Shown: positions 36,588 through 48,600, counted from the stretch's first letter. The stretch is 64,000 nt of DNA from Nitrospirales bacterium (GCA_965203295.1 CBDBCZ010000017.1:2208001-2272000), one strand, 5' to 3'. Numbers and translations are program-made. Notes: generated from the letters alone by a model not told the origin.

Positions 36588-36986
36588 TCAGTCTTTTCGT
36601 TTTCTCTTCCTAGACTTCTGCGTATCTCGGAGCATTTGTCGAACTTTTTCGCGGTCCTTTTTCACACCGTGCAGTACGTATTCACAAGGGATTTCTATCC
36701 CTCCACCAGGAACCCAGATGCCTTCAGGTGCAGACCTTGCGACACCAGTCACAGTTCCCTCCATGCGCGTTATCACACCACCATCCAGCATGGGAGCCAA
36801 GATACGGGCGAGCGCGTTGGGAACATGGCCGACATTGCTCCCATCGTCTAGTTTCACAATGATAGCGTCTGGACTATGAGAATTGCCTGGTTCCCTCGCG
36901 CACGTAAAAGTATCTCCTGGTCTTGATTCGCTTTTGAATACATGATGGCCTTTCACTCGAGAGCGCTTCAATCTTGCTAGTTCCAT
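36588..36986 (-). CDS. Stand-alone HIRAN-domain protein with basic C-terminal NLS-like tail
   Basis: 132-aa intact intronless ORF: VKGHHVF...CAREPGNSHSPDAIIV...VGHVPNALARILAPMLDGG (HIRAN consensus REP.N..D..AI.V..VG.VP), GGIEIPC, KSRKRKRKD. Confidence 0.85.
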   Translation of the reverse strand: MELARLKRSRVKGHHVFKSESRPGDTFTCAREPGNSHSPDAIIVKLDDGSNVGHVPNALARILAPMLDGGVITRMEGTVTGVARSAPEGIWVPGGGIEIPCEYVLHGVKKDREKVRQMLRDTQKSRKRKRKD

Positions 36987-37115
36987 GATCTCTGTACAGC
37001 TAGCGGCCTCGTGTCAATTTTCAGCATAGTCTCGTGACCAAAACTTGGCCCCTCCCCTAGCACGAGACTAAAATAGTTATTCACACTTGTCTGTTCTACT
37101 ACGTGTGATCAAGGA

Positions 37116-37287
37116 ATGGCTACTGCTGTTACTGCTGCTCTTGAAACCGGTTCTTTTCAGAGATGAAGACATTAGCATTCATGGTCTTACTGGCTATGTG
37201 GTGAGAAAGGATGCCAGCAGCTCTGAGATCGAGAGTGATGAAGATGACCTCTTTGAACTGGACTCTTCAGAGGAGGAAGAAGACTAG
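37116..37287 (+). pseudogene. Probable fused N- and C-terminal stubs of a deleted transposase
   Basis: ATG at 37116 is divergent from the HIRAN start; downstream frame DEDISIHGLTGYVV...ESDEDDLFELDSSEEEED* resembles acidic pogo transposase C-termini. Confidence 0.4.
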
Positions 37288-38570
37288 TTTATGTTTATGC
37301 TACGTTTCTGTACATGATACTGGCATGCTGGTACTGTAAACTGCAATAATAACTGTTGTTATAGGTAAAATTATTCATGGGGTTGTAGTACTTAAGAGGT
37401 CATACTATTCAGGAAGTGGGTGGTCAAACGATGATAGGTTCTTCTATATATGGGGTTGCTGTAATTGATGGGTCGTTATGCTCCCGAGTCTACGGTATGT
37501 TACAAAATAAAATAAATCCACCTAAAAATTCATTTGTATATTCCTTTATACAGCACATCAATGACTTCATCCAGATCACTGGTCTCCGTGGTGATCCTGA
37601 AGAAAAATTGGCGGCTGAGTGGATCAAGTGGGCACCAAAAGTCATAACGTATGCAAAGAGTAAAAGAAGTGCAGCTATTCAGACGCAGCTTCATTTGCTG
37701 GATGGGAATGAAGAAGCTGCTGATGGTTAGTTATCAGTTTTATCCATACACTTGTACTCTCGACAAGAGAAATATGGATGCCAGTGTTCACTTACTGACA
37801 GAACTTGAAGTAAGCGTAATGAAATGGATTATCTGTGTTTTTGAGCCTTGGAATGTTGTGTATTAGTTATCTGAAAGTTAAGCAATAGATATACAAGAAA
37901 ACATGTTGTGTATTTGTCAAACTACCAGTATACATCAGAGTTTTAATAATTAGCTCTCTCTGAACTGAGTAAAAATAAGTAAATGACCCCAAATCTTTAC
38001 TGTGCCCTCTCGCAATGTATATGCGTGGCTTGAGTTTCTTTGTCCGAATTACTTTCATTATGTGTTGCTTTTAATTCTCCTTTAACCAGGATGATGAAGA
38101 TCTCGGTACCAAGATATCAGGTGGCATTTCAACACCGTACCTGATTCAGTTTGGCAGTGGTGACATGCAGTTCTTCCTTGTCGCGGAGAAAGAACTGTTG
38201 GCTGAGTTGCCTTCGCTGTACAAGGCCATTGTTGCCCTTATAGCAGTGTATTATGTTTTCGACATTGCCTATCCCACACCATGTATGATGAACACACTTT
38301 TTTTTATGGAGCGCTTCCTGCTTGGAATAACAACTGGGACAAAATTCAACAAAACACTTGTTGGCACCATCAGTGATATTGACAAATGTTAGTTTGTACC
38401 ATTTATTTACCTGCCACCCGGCTTAGTCCTTTTGTATCTTTAGTTTGAAACACTTTAGTTAACATGTAAATGCACTGTACACATTCTTTTGTAATTGTAA
38501 TGTATAGCTACTTGCAATTGCTGTACAGGTGTTGCTATAGCATTAGTTTTGGAACCACCCTAGCGTTCAT

Positions 38571-39010
38571 AAATTCAAACACAATGACGTAGCATAAAAA
38601 GACATTGAAAATCCGGTGCATGCGTCTTGTCAGAAACGCTTACAAAGAGCAGAAACACTCTCAAAATTTAAACACAATGATTTAGCATGTAAAGGCTAAC
38701 TAACAGTAAATGAAGTCGAGAAACACAGCCTTAATACTAAAACTCAAGACAACAATGAATAGAATATCTCCCCAAATTCAAACACAATGATTAAGCATAT
38801 AAAGATATTGAAAATGTAGACAGAGTGTCTATGTTGTCAAAAACGCTTACAATGACCAGAAACATTCCCGAAATTCAAATACTACAATGATTTAACATAA
38901 TCATAAAGGTCATAAAAGGCAGTGTATACATCTTGTCAGAAAGGCTCACAACGAGCACAAACGTCCCGGAAATTCAAGCACAATGATTGAGCATATTGAT
39001 GTTATTGTAA
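38571..39010. repeat. Five-unit degenerate array, ~92-110-bp period
   Basis: aaattcaaacacaatgatt.agcat at ~38571, 38664, 38774, 38871 and 38969. Confidence 0.8.
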
Positions 39011-39029
39011 ATGAAGCGTTACTTAATAG

Positions 39030-39115
39030 GTAAACAGGGATTTATGGTCCATAAACTGCCCTAGCCCGAGGGCGAAGCCCGAGGACGAGGGCTGTTTATG
39101 GCCATAAATCCCTGG
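39030..39115. mobile_element. Short palindromic element with central GCGAAGC hairpin
   Basis: agggatttatgg..cataaac...cccgagggcgaagcccgagg...gtttatggccataaatccct. Confidence 0.55.
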
Positions 39116-40212
39116 CAACCGCGGTTTATCTGTTATATTCTTAAGCGGATTGGTTCTTTGGGTGCATGGTAACCGACGCTTAGCTACAGTACTACAGTAT
39201 ATATCTCTCTGTGCGGTTCTCCGACTTGTCTTGGTTTACTTGATCTACTCAGCCGCCTATTTTTCTTCAGGATCACCACGGAGACCAGTGATCTGGATGA
39301 AGTCATTGATGAGCTGTATAAAGGAATATACAAATGAATTTTTAGGTGGATTTATTTTATTTTGTAACATATGAGGCATCAATGCTAAGGGTATAGCCTT
39401 GTTCCCAGGCTCAACTATAACTTATTCTCACATAGCACACGACCATAGCCAGGGTGTAGGCCTGGGGCATCTCGAAATGATAACCGTACACTCCCTATCA
39501 TAGTTTCATTTTTGTTCTGTTTTTTTTTTTTTTTGGGGGGGGGGGAGGGTTCAGGTTGTGTCAATAAAAATTGTAGTTGCAGGTTGCTGGTCACACACAT
39601 TTGTTGCCACCTCCCAAAAAATGCCCCAAAACAAGTTACAGAAAAAGCAGGTAGGGATGGTAGCTACGCATTGCGCTGTGATGTGCGGGTGTATGTGCAT
39701 GTGTTGTGGTGTGCATTGCTGCTTGTTTCATTGGTTTTTGGGGAAGCGTTTTTTGGTGGAAGTGCATCCCTACATGACTAGTTTTTGCACTTTTTGGCAA
39801 AGTGCTAGCAAATACAGGGCAATGTAGGGGGAGTCTGAGTAACAAGTAGTTACAATGACCGTTACAGTATTGTAACGGAGGTCTCCTCCAGCAGTATTTA
39901 GCCTTGGGCTGAAGTCGAAGATTGACTCGATTGTAGACAGTATGGCTGTTGTGAGCTGTTGTGCATTCTTGTGTTGTCAATGTTTCTGGGCATTCTTCTG
40001 TTGTTCATGTCTGCCAGCATTGTGTTTCTGTCCACCAGCCTGCATTTCTTTCTGATACATTCTTTCGTTGTCATGCTAAACTCTATAAAAGCAGTCCATT
40101 TTTCTGTAAGATGTTGTTGATCCATTACTGTTGCCAAAAAGTCTGTCATCTCTGTTCTGCGCTGCGTGCTCGCTGCTACGGCGAAGTTATAACCCGCGGG
40201 GTTCGCTACAAT

Positions 40213-40230
40213 TGGTGTCAGGAGTGGGAT
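40213..40230 (+). promoter_or_regulatory. Primer binding site complementary to the tRNA-Leu 3' end
   Basis: TGGTGTCAGGAGTGGGAT is the reverse complement of ATCCCACTCCTGACACCA and lies 2 nt after the LTR end. Confidence 0.85.
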
Positions 40231-40235
40231 AGCAG

Positions 40236-41240
40236 ATGAGCACGAGAGCAGCCACTAGACAGCAGGAGCTGGAAGAACAGCTGGCGAAGCTCATCGGCAT
40301 GATGGGGCAGCAACAAGAGCGCCAGGAGCAGCAGCAAGAGCGGCAGGAGGCGAAGCTCATCGGCATGATGGAGCAACAGCGGGAGCGACTGGAGCAGCTC
40401 GCGAGTGAGCAGCGGCAGTGGCAAAAAGAGCTGGCCCATCAGCAGGAGCAGCAGCTGGAGCAGCTGGTAGAAAAGCAATGGAAAGTACTGGAAAAGAAGC
40501 AGCTGGAGGCGGAGCAGCAAGTGGAAGCTCTTCAGTACGATCTGGGGCGTACCAAGGATGCCGTGGAGGGCAGATTCCAGACGGCCGAAGGCTGGCTAGC
40601 AGAGCTGCAAACCTCGCATCGAGTGCTGGCCGAGGAGATGCGGGAAAGCCAGGCCTCTTTGAGGGAGGAAGTACAGACAAAGCTGGAGACCCTTCAGAGC
40701 GTCGAGAAGAAGTCGTCAGGAACAACGCTCTCTCCGTCGTTGCGCGCATCTGCAGTCGAGCTCGAGGAGACGCGGACAAGTCAGGCATCTGTGAAACAGG
40801 AACGGCAGACGAAGCCGGAGAGTTCTGAGGAGAAGCCGACGGGGAGCGCGTCCTCTCCTCCCTTGCGGGCATCTGCAGTGGAGTTTATTCCTACTGTGAA
40901 TTCTTTCCTTGCAGGGGCAGATGACGGCATACATCGAACCTGTACGGGAGGTGGGGTTCTGCAGCGACCACCACCGTACGACGGGCGTTCATCTCGGGAG
41001 GCCTACCGGGCCCAATTCGAGATGTTGAGCCAGCTGAACCACTGGACAGAGACAGAGAAGGCCACACTACTGGCGGTGAGCCTAAGAGGAGCGGCCCTGA
41101 CTGTCTTGTCCAATCTCACAAGTGAACGTCGCGGTGACTATAGAGCCTTGGTCATCGCCATGGAGAAGCGCTTTGGAGCCGACCAGATTCACTCCGACAG
41201 GCCCTGGAGACTGCACTTGAACTGGAATCCTACCAGTTAG
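40236..41240 (+). CDS. gag: Gypsy Gag (coiled-coil N-terminus and capsid), internally deleted or frameshifted
   Basis: PPPYDGRSSREAYRAQFEMLSQLNHWTETEKATLLAVSLRGAA...KRFG. Confidence 0.85.
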   Translation: MSTRAATRQQELEEQLAKLIGMMGQQQERQEQQQERQEAKLIGMMEQQRERLEQLASEQRQWQKELAHQQEQQLEQLVEKQWKVLEKKQLEAEQQVEALQYDLGRTKDAVEGRFQTAEGWLAELQTSHRVLAEEMRESQASLREEVQTKLETLQSVEKKSSGTTLSPSLRASAVELEETRTSQASVKQERQTKPESSEEKPTGSASSPPLRASAVEFIPTVNSFLAGADDGIHRTCTGGGVLQRPPPYDGRSSREAYRAQFEMLSQLNHWTETEKATLLAVSLRGAALTVLSNLTSERRGDYRALVIAMEKRFGADQIHSDRPWRLHLNWNPTS

Positions 41241-41540
41241 CAAGCAGGCAGCGTTCAAGGGCGGTTCGTGAAGTTCAGCTGCTACGAGACCATGACAGTG
41301 GCACTCCACCACATCACAAAGAAAGAGTAATTTCGGCGACAGAATGCAGAAGTTCTTCTTCAAGGACCAAGAAGTTCTCAACTGAGAAAAAAATCACGAG
41401 AATTCGGAGAAAGCATCATCGATATCCCTTCCCAAGCGATACACCTGTTGGAATTGTGGTGAGCAGGGGCACATGCGACGTGATTGCAAGCGACCAAGCA
41501 GTGGGACTTCTGATGGTGTGGGTGACGGTCAGCAGAACCA

Positions 41541-42422
41541 GTGAAACGAGCAGTAGCCAAGCTTGCGGGGCAAAGCTCGGCTACGTATTCTACCCAAGCC
41601 CCAACTGATATTTTTAAAACTGGAACCCTATATGGTCCTGACAACCTGGCAGTACCAGGGAAAGTGGAGGGTTGCAATTGTCAAATTACAATTGATACAG
41701 GAAGCAACATTTCCATTGTAAGACCAGACGTGTTACCCGAGAAAAAGCAGAGCGAAATACAACCAGTCAACCAATGCATCCGCACCGTTACTGGGGAGAA
41801 AGCTCCCATCCGGGGAAAAGGCAATCTTCGTCTCAGAATTGGATCCACAGAAATAGTACACCCTACATGGATTGCTGACATCCAAGACGAATGTATTCTG
41901 GGCTTAGATTTCCTAGAGCCTCATGAATGTCTAGTGAACCTGAGGAATGGTACACTCCAGGTGGGTGAGGAGGAAATTCCATTGCAAAAGCCTGCCGTGG
42001 TGACTACATTGATGCCATGTAGAGCAGTCTTGGAGACCACTGTGATCTTACCACCTCAATTGGAATGTGTTGTACCTGCAAAAATGGATGGCCAGTGGAA
42101 GCACAAGCCAAGGTGGGGAATTATGGAAGCTGGAACCAGAAACAAGGAAGCAGAAAGTGCCCTGGAAGGCTTGTTGGTTGCCCGAACTCTGGTAGACCTA
42201 CATCAACCTACCACAGTCGTGAGAATGATGAATCTAACTGGCCATAAACGCAAAGTCAAGAAGGGAACCGAAATTGCAAGATGTGAGCAAGTTGCAAGTG
42301 TTGTTCTGCAACAAAAGGAAATTGCAAAGGCAGAATCTGAAATGCTACACCTCCCTGAGCATTTGAAAGAGTTGTATATGCGGAGCAGCCATGGGCTAAC
42401 AAAGGATCAATGCCAGCAGACT
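41541..42422 (+). CDS. pol: Gypsy aspartic protease and pol spacer, truncated
   Basis: CQITIDTGSNISIV...ECILGLDFL; the ORF runs into unrelated duplicated host sequence at ~42422. Confidence 0.85.
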
Positions 42423-45189
42423 ATGCATTTTTTGGATGCAGTTGCTAGCAGAGAAGCAACCTCAAGCAACGTTTTCCCTTCTTCTTTTTCATTTAGCCCA
42501 TTTCAATACATGATGAGACACCTGTATCAGATCCCAGTTCTCCACACCAAAGAAGGAATACTCACGGTAGGTTCGATTTGTTGGAATGTAAGTCTGCACT
42601 ATTGAGTCGGACATTTTTACAGTACTTCTGAAATTTTTATGATATGTAATTATTTTTACAGGAATTTCTGTGGGCCATATGAGTATTATGTTTCCAAAAT
42701 GTAGACATACATGTGCAGGAGGGTTGAGCCCCCCCCCCCCCCCCCCCCCCCCCACACACACACAAAAGCAACCTGGATTGATTTTAAAATTTCCTTCACA
42801 CCAGTTGGTACCCATCTAGTGTCTAGTGCAACGTAGCCTTGTCTCCATACACGCACACACACACTTTTAGTAGCTGTACCCACCCCTGTGATGTGACACT
42901 CGTTAATTGCATTCAGCCTGCTATGAATACTACAGTATATGTGTGTACATATTGTTATTCTTGGTCCTGTTTTAGGACAGGATGTTGTGGAACAAAGAGC
43001 AAGAGCAGGAGAGGATTCTGAAAGCAACTCTTTGCTACGTATACATGATGCCCTTATTGAGAAGGTATATTAAATATGTTTTACTCATGGAATCTCATTC
43101 TAGCTACATCCCTGGCCCTCCTACATGCAGGCCAAAATAGATAGCACAGGATAGTTGCTCTTGGTGTCGTAGAACACATTATTGTGATGCATATTTTGTA
43201 TTAAGTGGTTTATTTTCCTTGCTGGCAAACTTGCTGTATACACTCGAAAAGATGGTTAGTCTGAGTGGGCCATCAGCCTGTTCTGATCATTGGCCCTTAC
43301 TTACATGTACATGTACATGTATGTACACAGCTGACTATGTACATACACACTGCTAAAAATAAACGGTTATTTTGACAACGGTTTGGATATTGGAGTTGCA
43401 TCTACATGTATGTTGGTCTCATTTTGTCCATTAGGACAATCACTGCATGTCCTGCCCTTTTGGTAAATCTAACTCTTACTGTAGTTCCCAAAACAGACCA
43501 TAAATTGTATGACTATCTGCCCACTAGTGTATATACGTAGGTCAAATGTTTATCACAATTGCACTTTCTGGCTATATAATCTGTGTAGTACAAATGCTGT
43601 CACAAGTCACGATTTTTGCTTAATTGTTGCTACAGGCCTTCAACATGTGACATGATCTCCCCATACTATGATAGCAGTGTAAGGTACTACAATCAGTAGA
43701 GCTTTGTTCTTTTGTCTTGACGATATGACAGATGGCAACTCCAGTAACCAAACCATTATTGAAACAACCTTTTATTTTTGGCAGTGCATGTATCTGCTTT
43801 TCAAGGTTTGGGTACTGGTTTCTGAAATTACCAGTTACATACATATTCAGACTACATGCCACGTTTTACAGGATTATCAAGTGCAGTGTCTAACGGACAG
43901 AGTCTGTAGGCTGGCTCTGTTTGAGTCTGAGAGCCAAACAAAAGTTGCTATTATAGCTGAACTAAGGAAAGAACTGGCTGCTTACAAGAAGAACCCAATG
44001 GCTAAAGATCTGAGGTATGTAAATTATGTTGAAAGCAAGGCAGAAATATTGTAGAGACTGCATATAGCTCTGAACTATTCCTATACTCTGTCAAAGCTGC
44101 GTATGGGCATCATGCGTATGAAACACACACACACATTTTCCATCTTAGCTTGTAATAGGCTTTACTAGTTTTGGATCACTCTCTGCTGCATACTAATCAT
44201 TGCATGTTTAACTGCTCATGTTACGTATAGTTGTGGTGCTTTCACAGTTAGTTTCAAAGGAATGTATACAATGTTTTGCATACGTAGCTATGTTTCTATG
44301 GAGGAGCACCTGGAATCATGTGAAAGTCGTTTACAAGGAATGATATCTGGTGTAGAAATGCTGAAGAAACAGGTCTGTATCACTTCAGACTGCCAGTATA
44401 AACCTGTATGTATGTACGTACTTACGTACATGTATGTATGTTAATTACACATTTGGTCAACAGCATGGGCAGGTGCATGTTGAAACTTACTTGCATACAA
44501 AGCATGTGGCATACTACGTTCTACTGTAGACCACACGTTTATCCAGAAAGGAGAGTCTGTGTCTACAGTACCATTCATACACTGCTATACATGCAGTATG
44601 TTAGAGCAAGTATGACTGTCTCATATTATGTCTACACTGCTGTACATGCAGCATGTTGACTGTCATGTGATGTGGCTCAGCTTTAATGTGAAACGTGCTA
44701 CGCAACATGCTTCCTTGGCAGTATTCTATTACCATAAGAGTGTATGGAACTTGTGAATAGTTATCTTTAACAGCTAGCTGACACTGAGAGCCAACTGCAG
44801 TCTGCTACTAGCCGTAGCTCTTCACTCCGGAAAGAGCGGATGGGCAAGGATGCCACTGTGACTTCACTGACTCATGAAAACCGGAGATTACAGGAGGAGA
44901 GCAAACTTTCTGCAAGGCGCTCCTCTCAACTGAAACAAGAGTGTAGAGAAAGACGTACATCTAATGCTTCCTTTCAAAAGCAGGTCAGCATCATGTGCAC
45001 TGTATACATACGTGTGTCATGTACATAACATTGGGTATGGTGATTCTGTGCACTTACAGCTCTTGTATGCATGTACGTCTATGTTTGCACTGGGGCAATG
45101 TACATGTTCACACCTTCCGGATTTTAAAGGTATTGTTAACTTGAAGGCCTGGTACTCGGGCAAAAACCCGGGACTATTTATTTGAATTA

Positions 45190-45255
45190 TAAGTGCCCAG
45201 TTACGCTGGGAGTTGAACCCATGCAGGACCTTCTGATTGCTAGTCAGTAGGCAAG
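45190..45255 (-). mobile_element. tRNA-derived SINE head fragment
   Basis: Reverse complement reads ctgactagcaatcagaaggtcctg..gggttcaactccca (B-box-like); no full cloverleaf. Confidence 0.45.
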
Positions 45256-45522
45256 TTTTATACGTAGCTACTAAACCCACTAGAAGCACTCGCCAATATG
45301 ACCTGCCAATTCTAACTGTAATTACTCTCTTAAGATAGTATCATGCAGCACCCATGTATGTGTTGCTGCTCTCTTCTGTTATTATGTTTCATTTTGCATA
45401 CATACAACAGGTGAAAAGTTGACAGAACTAAATAATGATCTTCAAAGGTAAATGTGTAGAAAGTAACTGTCAATTATTGGAGTATGGAGAAACAGGATGT
45501 TCAAATCATATGTAGTATTTAA

Positions 45523-45665
45523 CTCTTTACCAACCAATGACGCATATATGTGTCATGAGCTCCCATAAGCCCATATGAATTTATATGGGGGTTTTAATAC
45601 TTGGCGTTAATACTTTGTACAGGATTTTCTGCTTCTTTGAGCTATTGCTTATGGTTGGTAAAGGG
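45523..45665. mobile_element. piggyBac-like MITE, TTAA TSD
   Basis: TTAA|ctctttaccaacca ... tggttggtaaaggg|TTAA. Confidence 0.8.
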
Positions 45666-48600
45666 TTAATATGCTTTCAACACTTGATATGCTGTGATTC
45701 ACTCTCACTTGCTGTCAGTGAGTATGTTTTGAGCTTGTAAAGTACAGTAGAACAGTAATGCAATTTCACCGGTTTCCAAAGCTATACTTCCAGCTGCTGT
45801 GGTGCATATGTATATGTGTGGGTGTTCAAACTTACGTAACAATAGATGTTAGATTTATGCACCGTGTACTGTCTTCTTTGCTACTGTACATGACTGTGTA
45901 TTAATACATATTTGTAATATGATTTTGCGAATGATATTCAGCTTCCTGTTCTTTAGAGATTAAAACAAAGCCAAGCTAATGAAGAGAAGCTCAGCGGTAA
46001 AACTTACCAAGAAGATAAAAGACGATGCTGCTGCTAAACAGGTAAGTAGTATTAAATTGAAACCACATGGCTGTTTTGTAGGTTTATCGTTCATGTATGT
46101 AACACTGTCAAGCTCTCATCTTCTCATTAGGTTGACAGCTTAAATCACAAGATTTTTTAGAAGACCAAGTTTCTGAAGCAAAAGAGAGAGAGAGTAACCG
46201 TACTTGTCAATGCGAAACATAAAGGTACACATGCGAATATCCTTTTGTAAAATACTCTAATGTACTAGGCCGGGTTACGTACATCATATAACATTGATCG
46301 GTTGTTGGATAACAGTATGAATATGTACTCACCAACTGCTTTCAGGCTATGTTTGTCCATTACGAGGTGAGAAACATGTTGACCTCCAGTGATAATAGAA
46401 TGAAGAAATATACTCTATGACAGCTTTTCAATCTCATGAATCACTACTGAGAGCCACAGTCATGCCCATTGCTACATGGTGTGAGATTATATCGCAGGCT
46501 GGCTGCTTGAGAATAACTTGTTTATGCTATGCATATGTCATTGTGTATGGGTGCCGGTGTTATGTATACCCCTGTCGCGTGTGTATGCCTCTTGTGCATA
46601 CAGATGTCCACTTTATGTGAGCAGCTGGTTACACTAGCCTCCAACGGGCTGTCTCAGAGCACTAACATCAGCCCCGAAGCAGCTACTAGTGCTGTGACAA
46701 CACTGGTGGAGGAGAACACACATCTGAAAGAGGACATTGAAAGAGTGACTCAACAACTACAGCAGGTTTGACTCTTGCCACATGGAGTTGTGTGTTTCTT
46801 GATGCTACTCCAGTAATCTACATTTCCATACACCATGTATGCAGAAAAACAGTGTACATATTTATTGTATACATATATACCTACATCATTCATTCATTTC
46901 TGGAGCACTGTGTTCTGCAAAAAATCAGCAACACACTGTATAAGTGTATAAGTACGGCAAAGAAGCAGAGGTGCAGGTGTATACGCAGGAAATATGGTTA
47001 AGAATCATTGCTGTTGTTGCTGGTGGTAATAGAAAATCTCTCTGCATAAACAAACTGATTCATGCATCATCGAACACACTTTGGGAAGTAAAGGTTCCAT
47101 AGCCTGCTGCATATATATTGAGATCTACGACTGAAATATTCCTTAATCTTTAGTATAATATACACTCCAGGCCCTATGTTATGGCAGTACTATAATTATA
47201 GTAACTACGTATACAGGCACGTATATATTTTAGTTACTGCGTATATGTACATGTACGTATAATGTGTTTATTGCCACTTCCTGTATTTCATACAGCTGCA
47301 AGACAGTCATTCTGCTGTGTGTTCTGGAGTTCATGGTGTTGTTGAGTGCTTTCTGGGAATGAAGGTGATGCACTTCATTGTAGTAGTAACTTGCATGTAA
47401 AAAGTTTTAATAATATATGGTTAAACAGAAGATCTGGTACTTTGCTAGCCAAGGGCACATTTATGAACCCAGAAAAAGTGTCAACTTTTTCTGATTCTAT
47501 ATTAGTACCCAAAAATCCATATACATTCACATTGAACTATATTGGAGAAAACCTTGCCTGGTTAAGAGCCGGCTAGCTAGCTTGTAAAGTAATGAAAAGT
47601 GTGTGGATGGTGAGATTTCTATGTGATAGATACGTTTCTACCATACACATATTCAGTTTGTTTAAAGCAGGAGATTATTCAACCTAATTAAGTGTCTATA
47701 ATTTTATAGTGGTTTCATGGTATAAACAGTTTATTTTACTGCTTCTAATTCTCTACCTTCAACATACCTACATATTTCCATAGAGTATACATGTATGAGC
47801 ATACATATGCCCACTCCTATTCACAGCCTACGTAATCGAAAATGACTGCCCTACAATTTTTTTAAATTAAGCCAATATTGTTAAACTATGTGCTGTCAAG
47901 ATGACACCTTTCTGTTACAAGTATCATATGTGCTCTCATCTAAAGACCACATGCACCGTAACATACCCCACAATTAACCCCACAATAAACTGACAATTGG
48001 AGTTTGGCAACGTACTGGAGATGGGTTTGGCTCTGCTATTGACTGAAGGTTAGAATCATAAATTCCACCAGTTTTAAACAAATTTTGAATGACTCATGAA
48101 ATTTTTCATGTTTTCATGTATCAAACGAAAAGAACAGCTGGATACTAAATGTATTGTTCCCAGGCCAAAATACACATACACACATACACACATACACATG
48201 AGCTACATATATATGTAACTGAGGTTCCATGCTGCAACACAACATGAGAGTAGGTGCTACATACTACATGTAGCCTCGTTCCTAGGCTCTACTTCCCAGC
48301 TTTTGTTTTCGCACGTAATAATTATTTTACTATGTGCGAAAAAAACTGGGAAATAAGTAGATATGGTTGTCGAGAATGCATCAAAAGTGCAGAAACTGGA
48401 ATGAATACGCCTATATTATACCCATAGTAATCCTGGTCATGCTGGTCACAACAGTTGTGAATATGTAAGTATACTTCTACAGGTTGTCTCGTATTGAAAT
48501 AGAGCACAGTGAAGCCCTCTCTGGGGCTGTGGCTGCAATGAAACAGGATGAAGAGCAGAGGCTACTAAAGGTTGTAGAGACGACTAAACAGGAGGAGCAA

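Larger units (their letters stand above)
36409..37495. mobile_element. Non-autonomous pogo/Tc1-mariner-like TIR transposon carrying a HIRAN gene
   Basis: Perfect 25-bp TIR CCGTAGACTCGGGAGCATAACGACC; TA at 36407-8 and 37496-7; empty site gcctcaTAtgttac in the inverted arm at ~39364-39377. Confidence 0.92.
35845..38392 (+). pseudogene. Fragmented SAMD3-like / transposon-accessory protein gene
   Basis: Exon-like pieces 35845-36006 (FEIP...RNEIVQGISAKIFNHCKYP), 37554-37725 (EWIKWAPKVITYAK), 38090-38392 (QFFLVAEK...LIAVYYVFDIAYP...LFFMERFLLG). The YYVF.I.YP motif is typical of SAMD3-like proteins; splice phases are incomplete. Confidence 0.55.
35570..39870. repeat. Large inverted duplication (left arm 35570-35847, 36190-36408, 37498-37628; right arm 39238-39870)
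   Basis: The right arm is the reverse complement of the joined left-arm segments with few substitutions. Confidence 0.9.
39871..42422 (+). mobile_element. 5' half of a Ty3/Gypsy LTR retrotransposon (LTR, PBS, gag, protease), truncated before RT
   Basis: LTR TGTAACGGA...TTCGCTACA (39871-40210); PBS; gag; CCHC knuckle CWNCGEQGHMRRDC (~41446-41487); protease IDTGS...ILGLDFL. Confidence 0.9.

Noticed and set aside
38571..39010. CRISPR-like array
   Set aside because: The repeats are degenerate, the spacers are homologous to each other, no cas genes are present and the context is eukaryotic.
40218..41881. Antisense and alternate-frame ORFs over gag/pol
   Set aside because: Shadows of GC-rich Gypsy coding sequence.
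45190..45255. tRNA gene
   Set aside because: Only a B-box and a partial arm; no complete cloverleaf, so treated as a SINE fragment.
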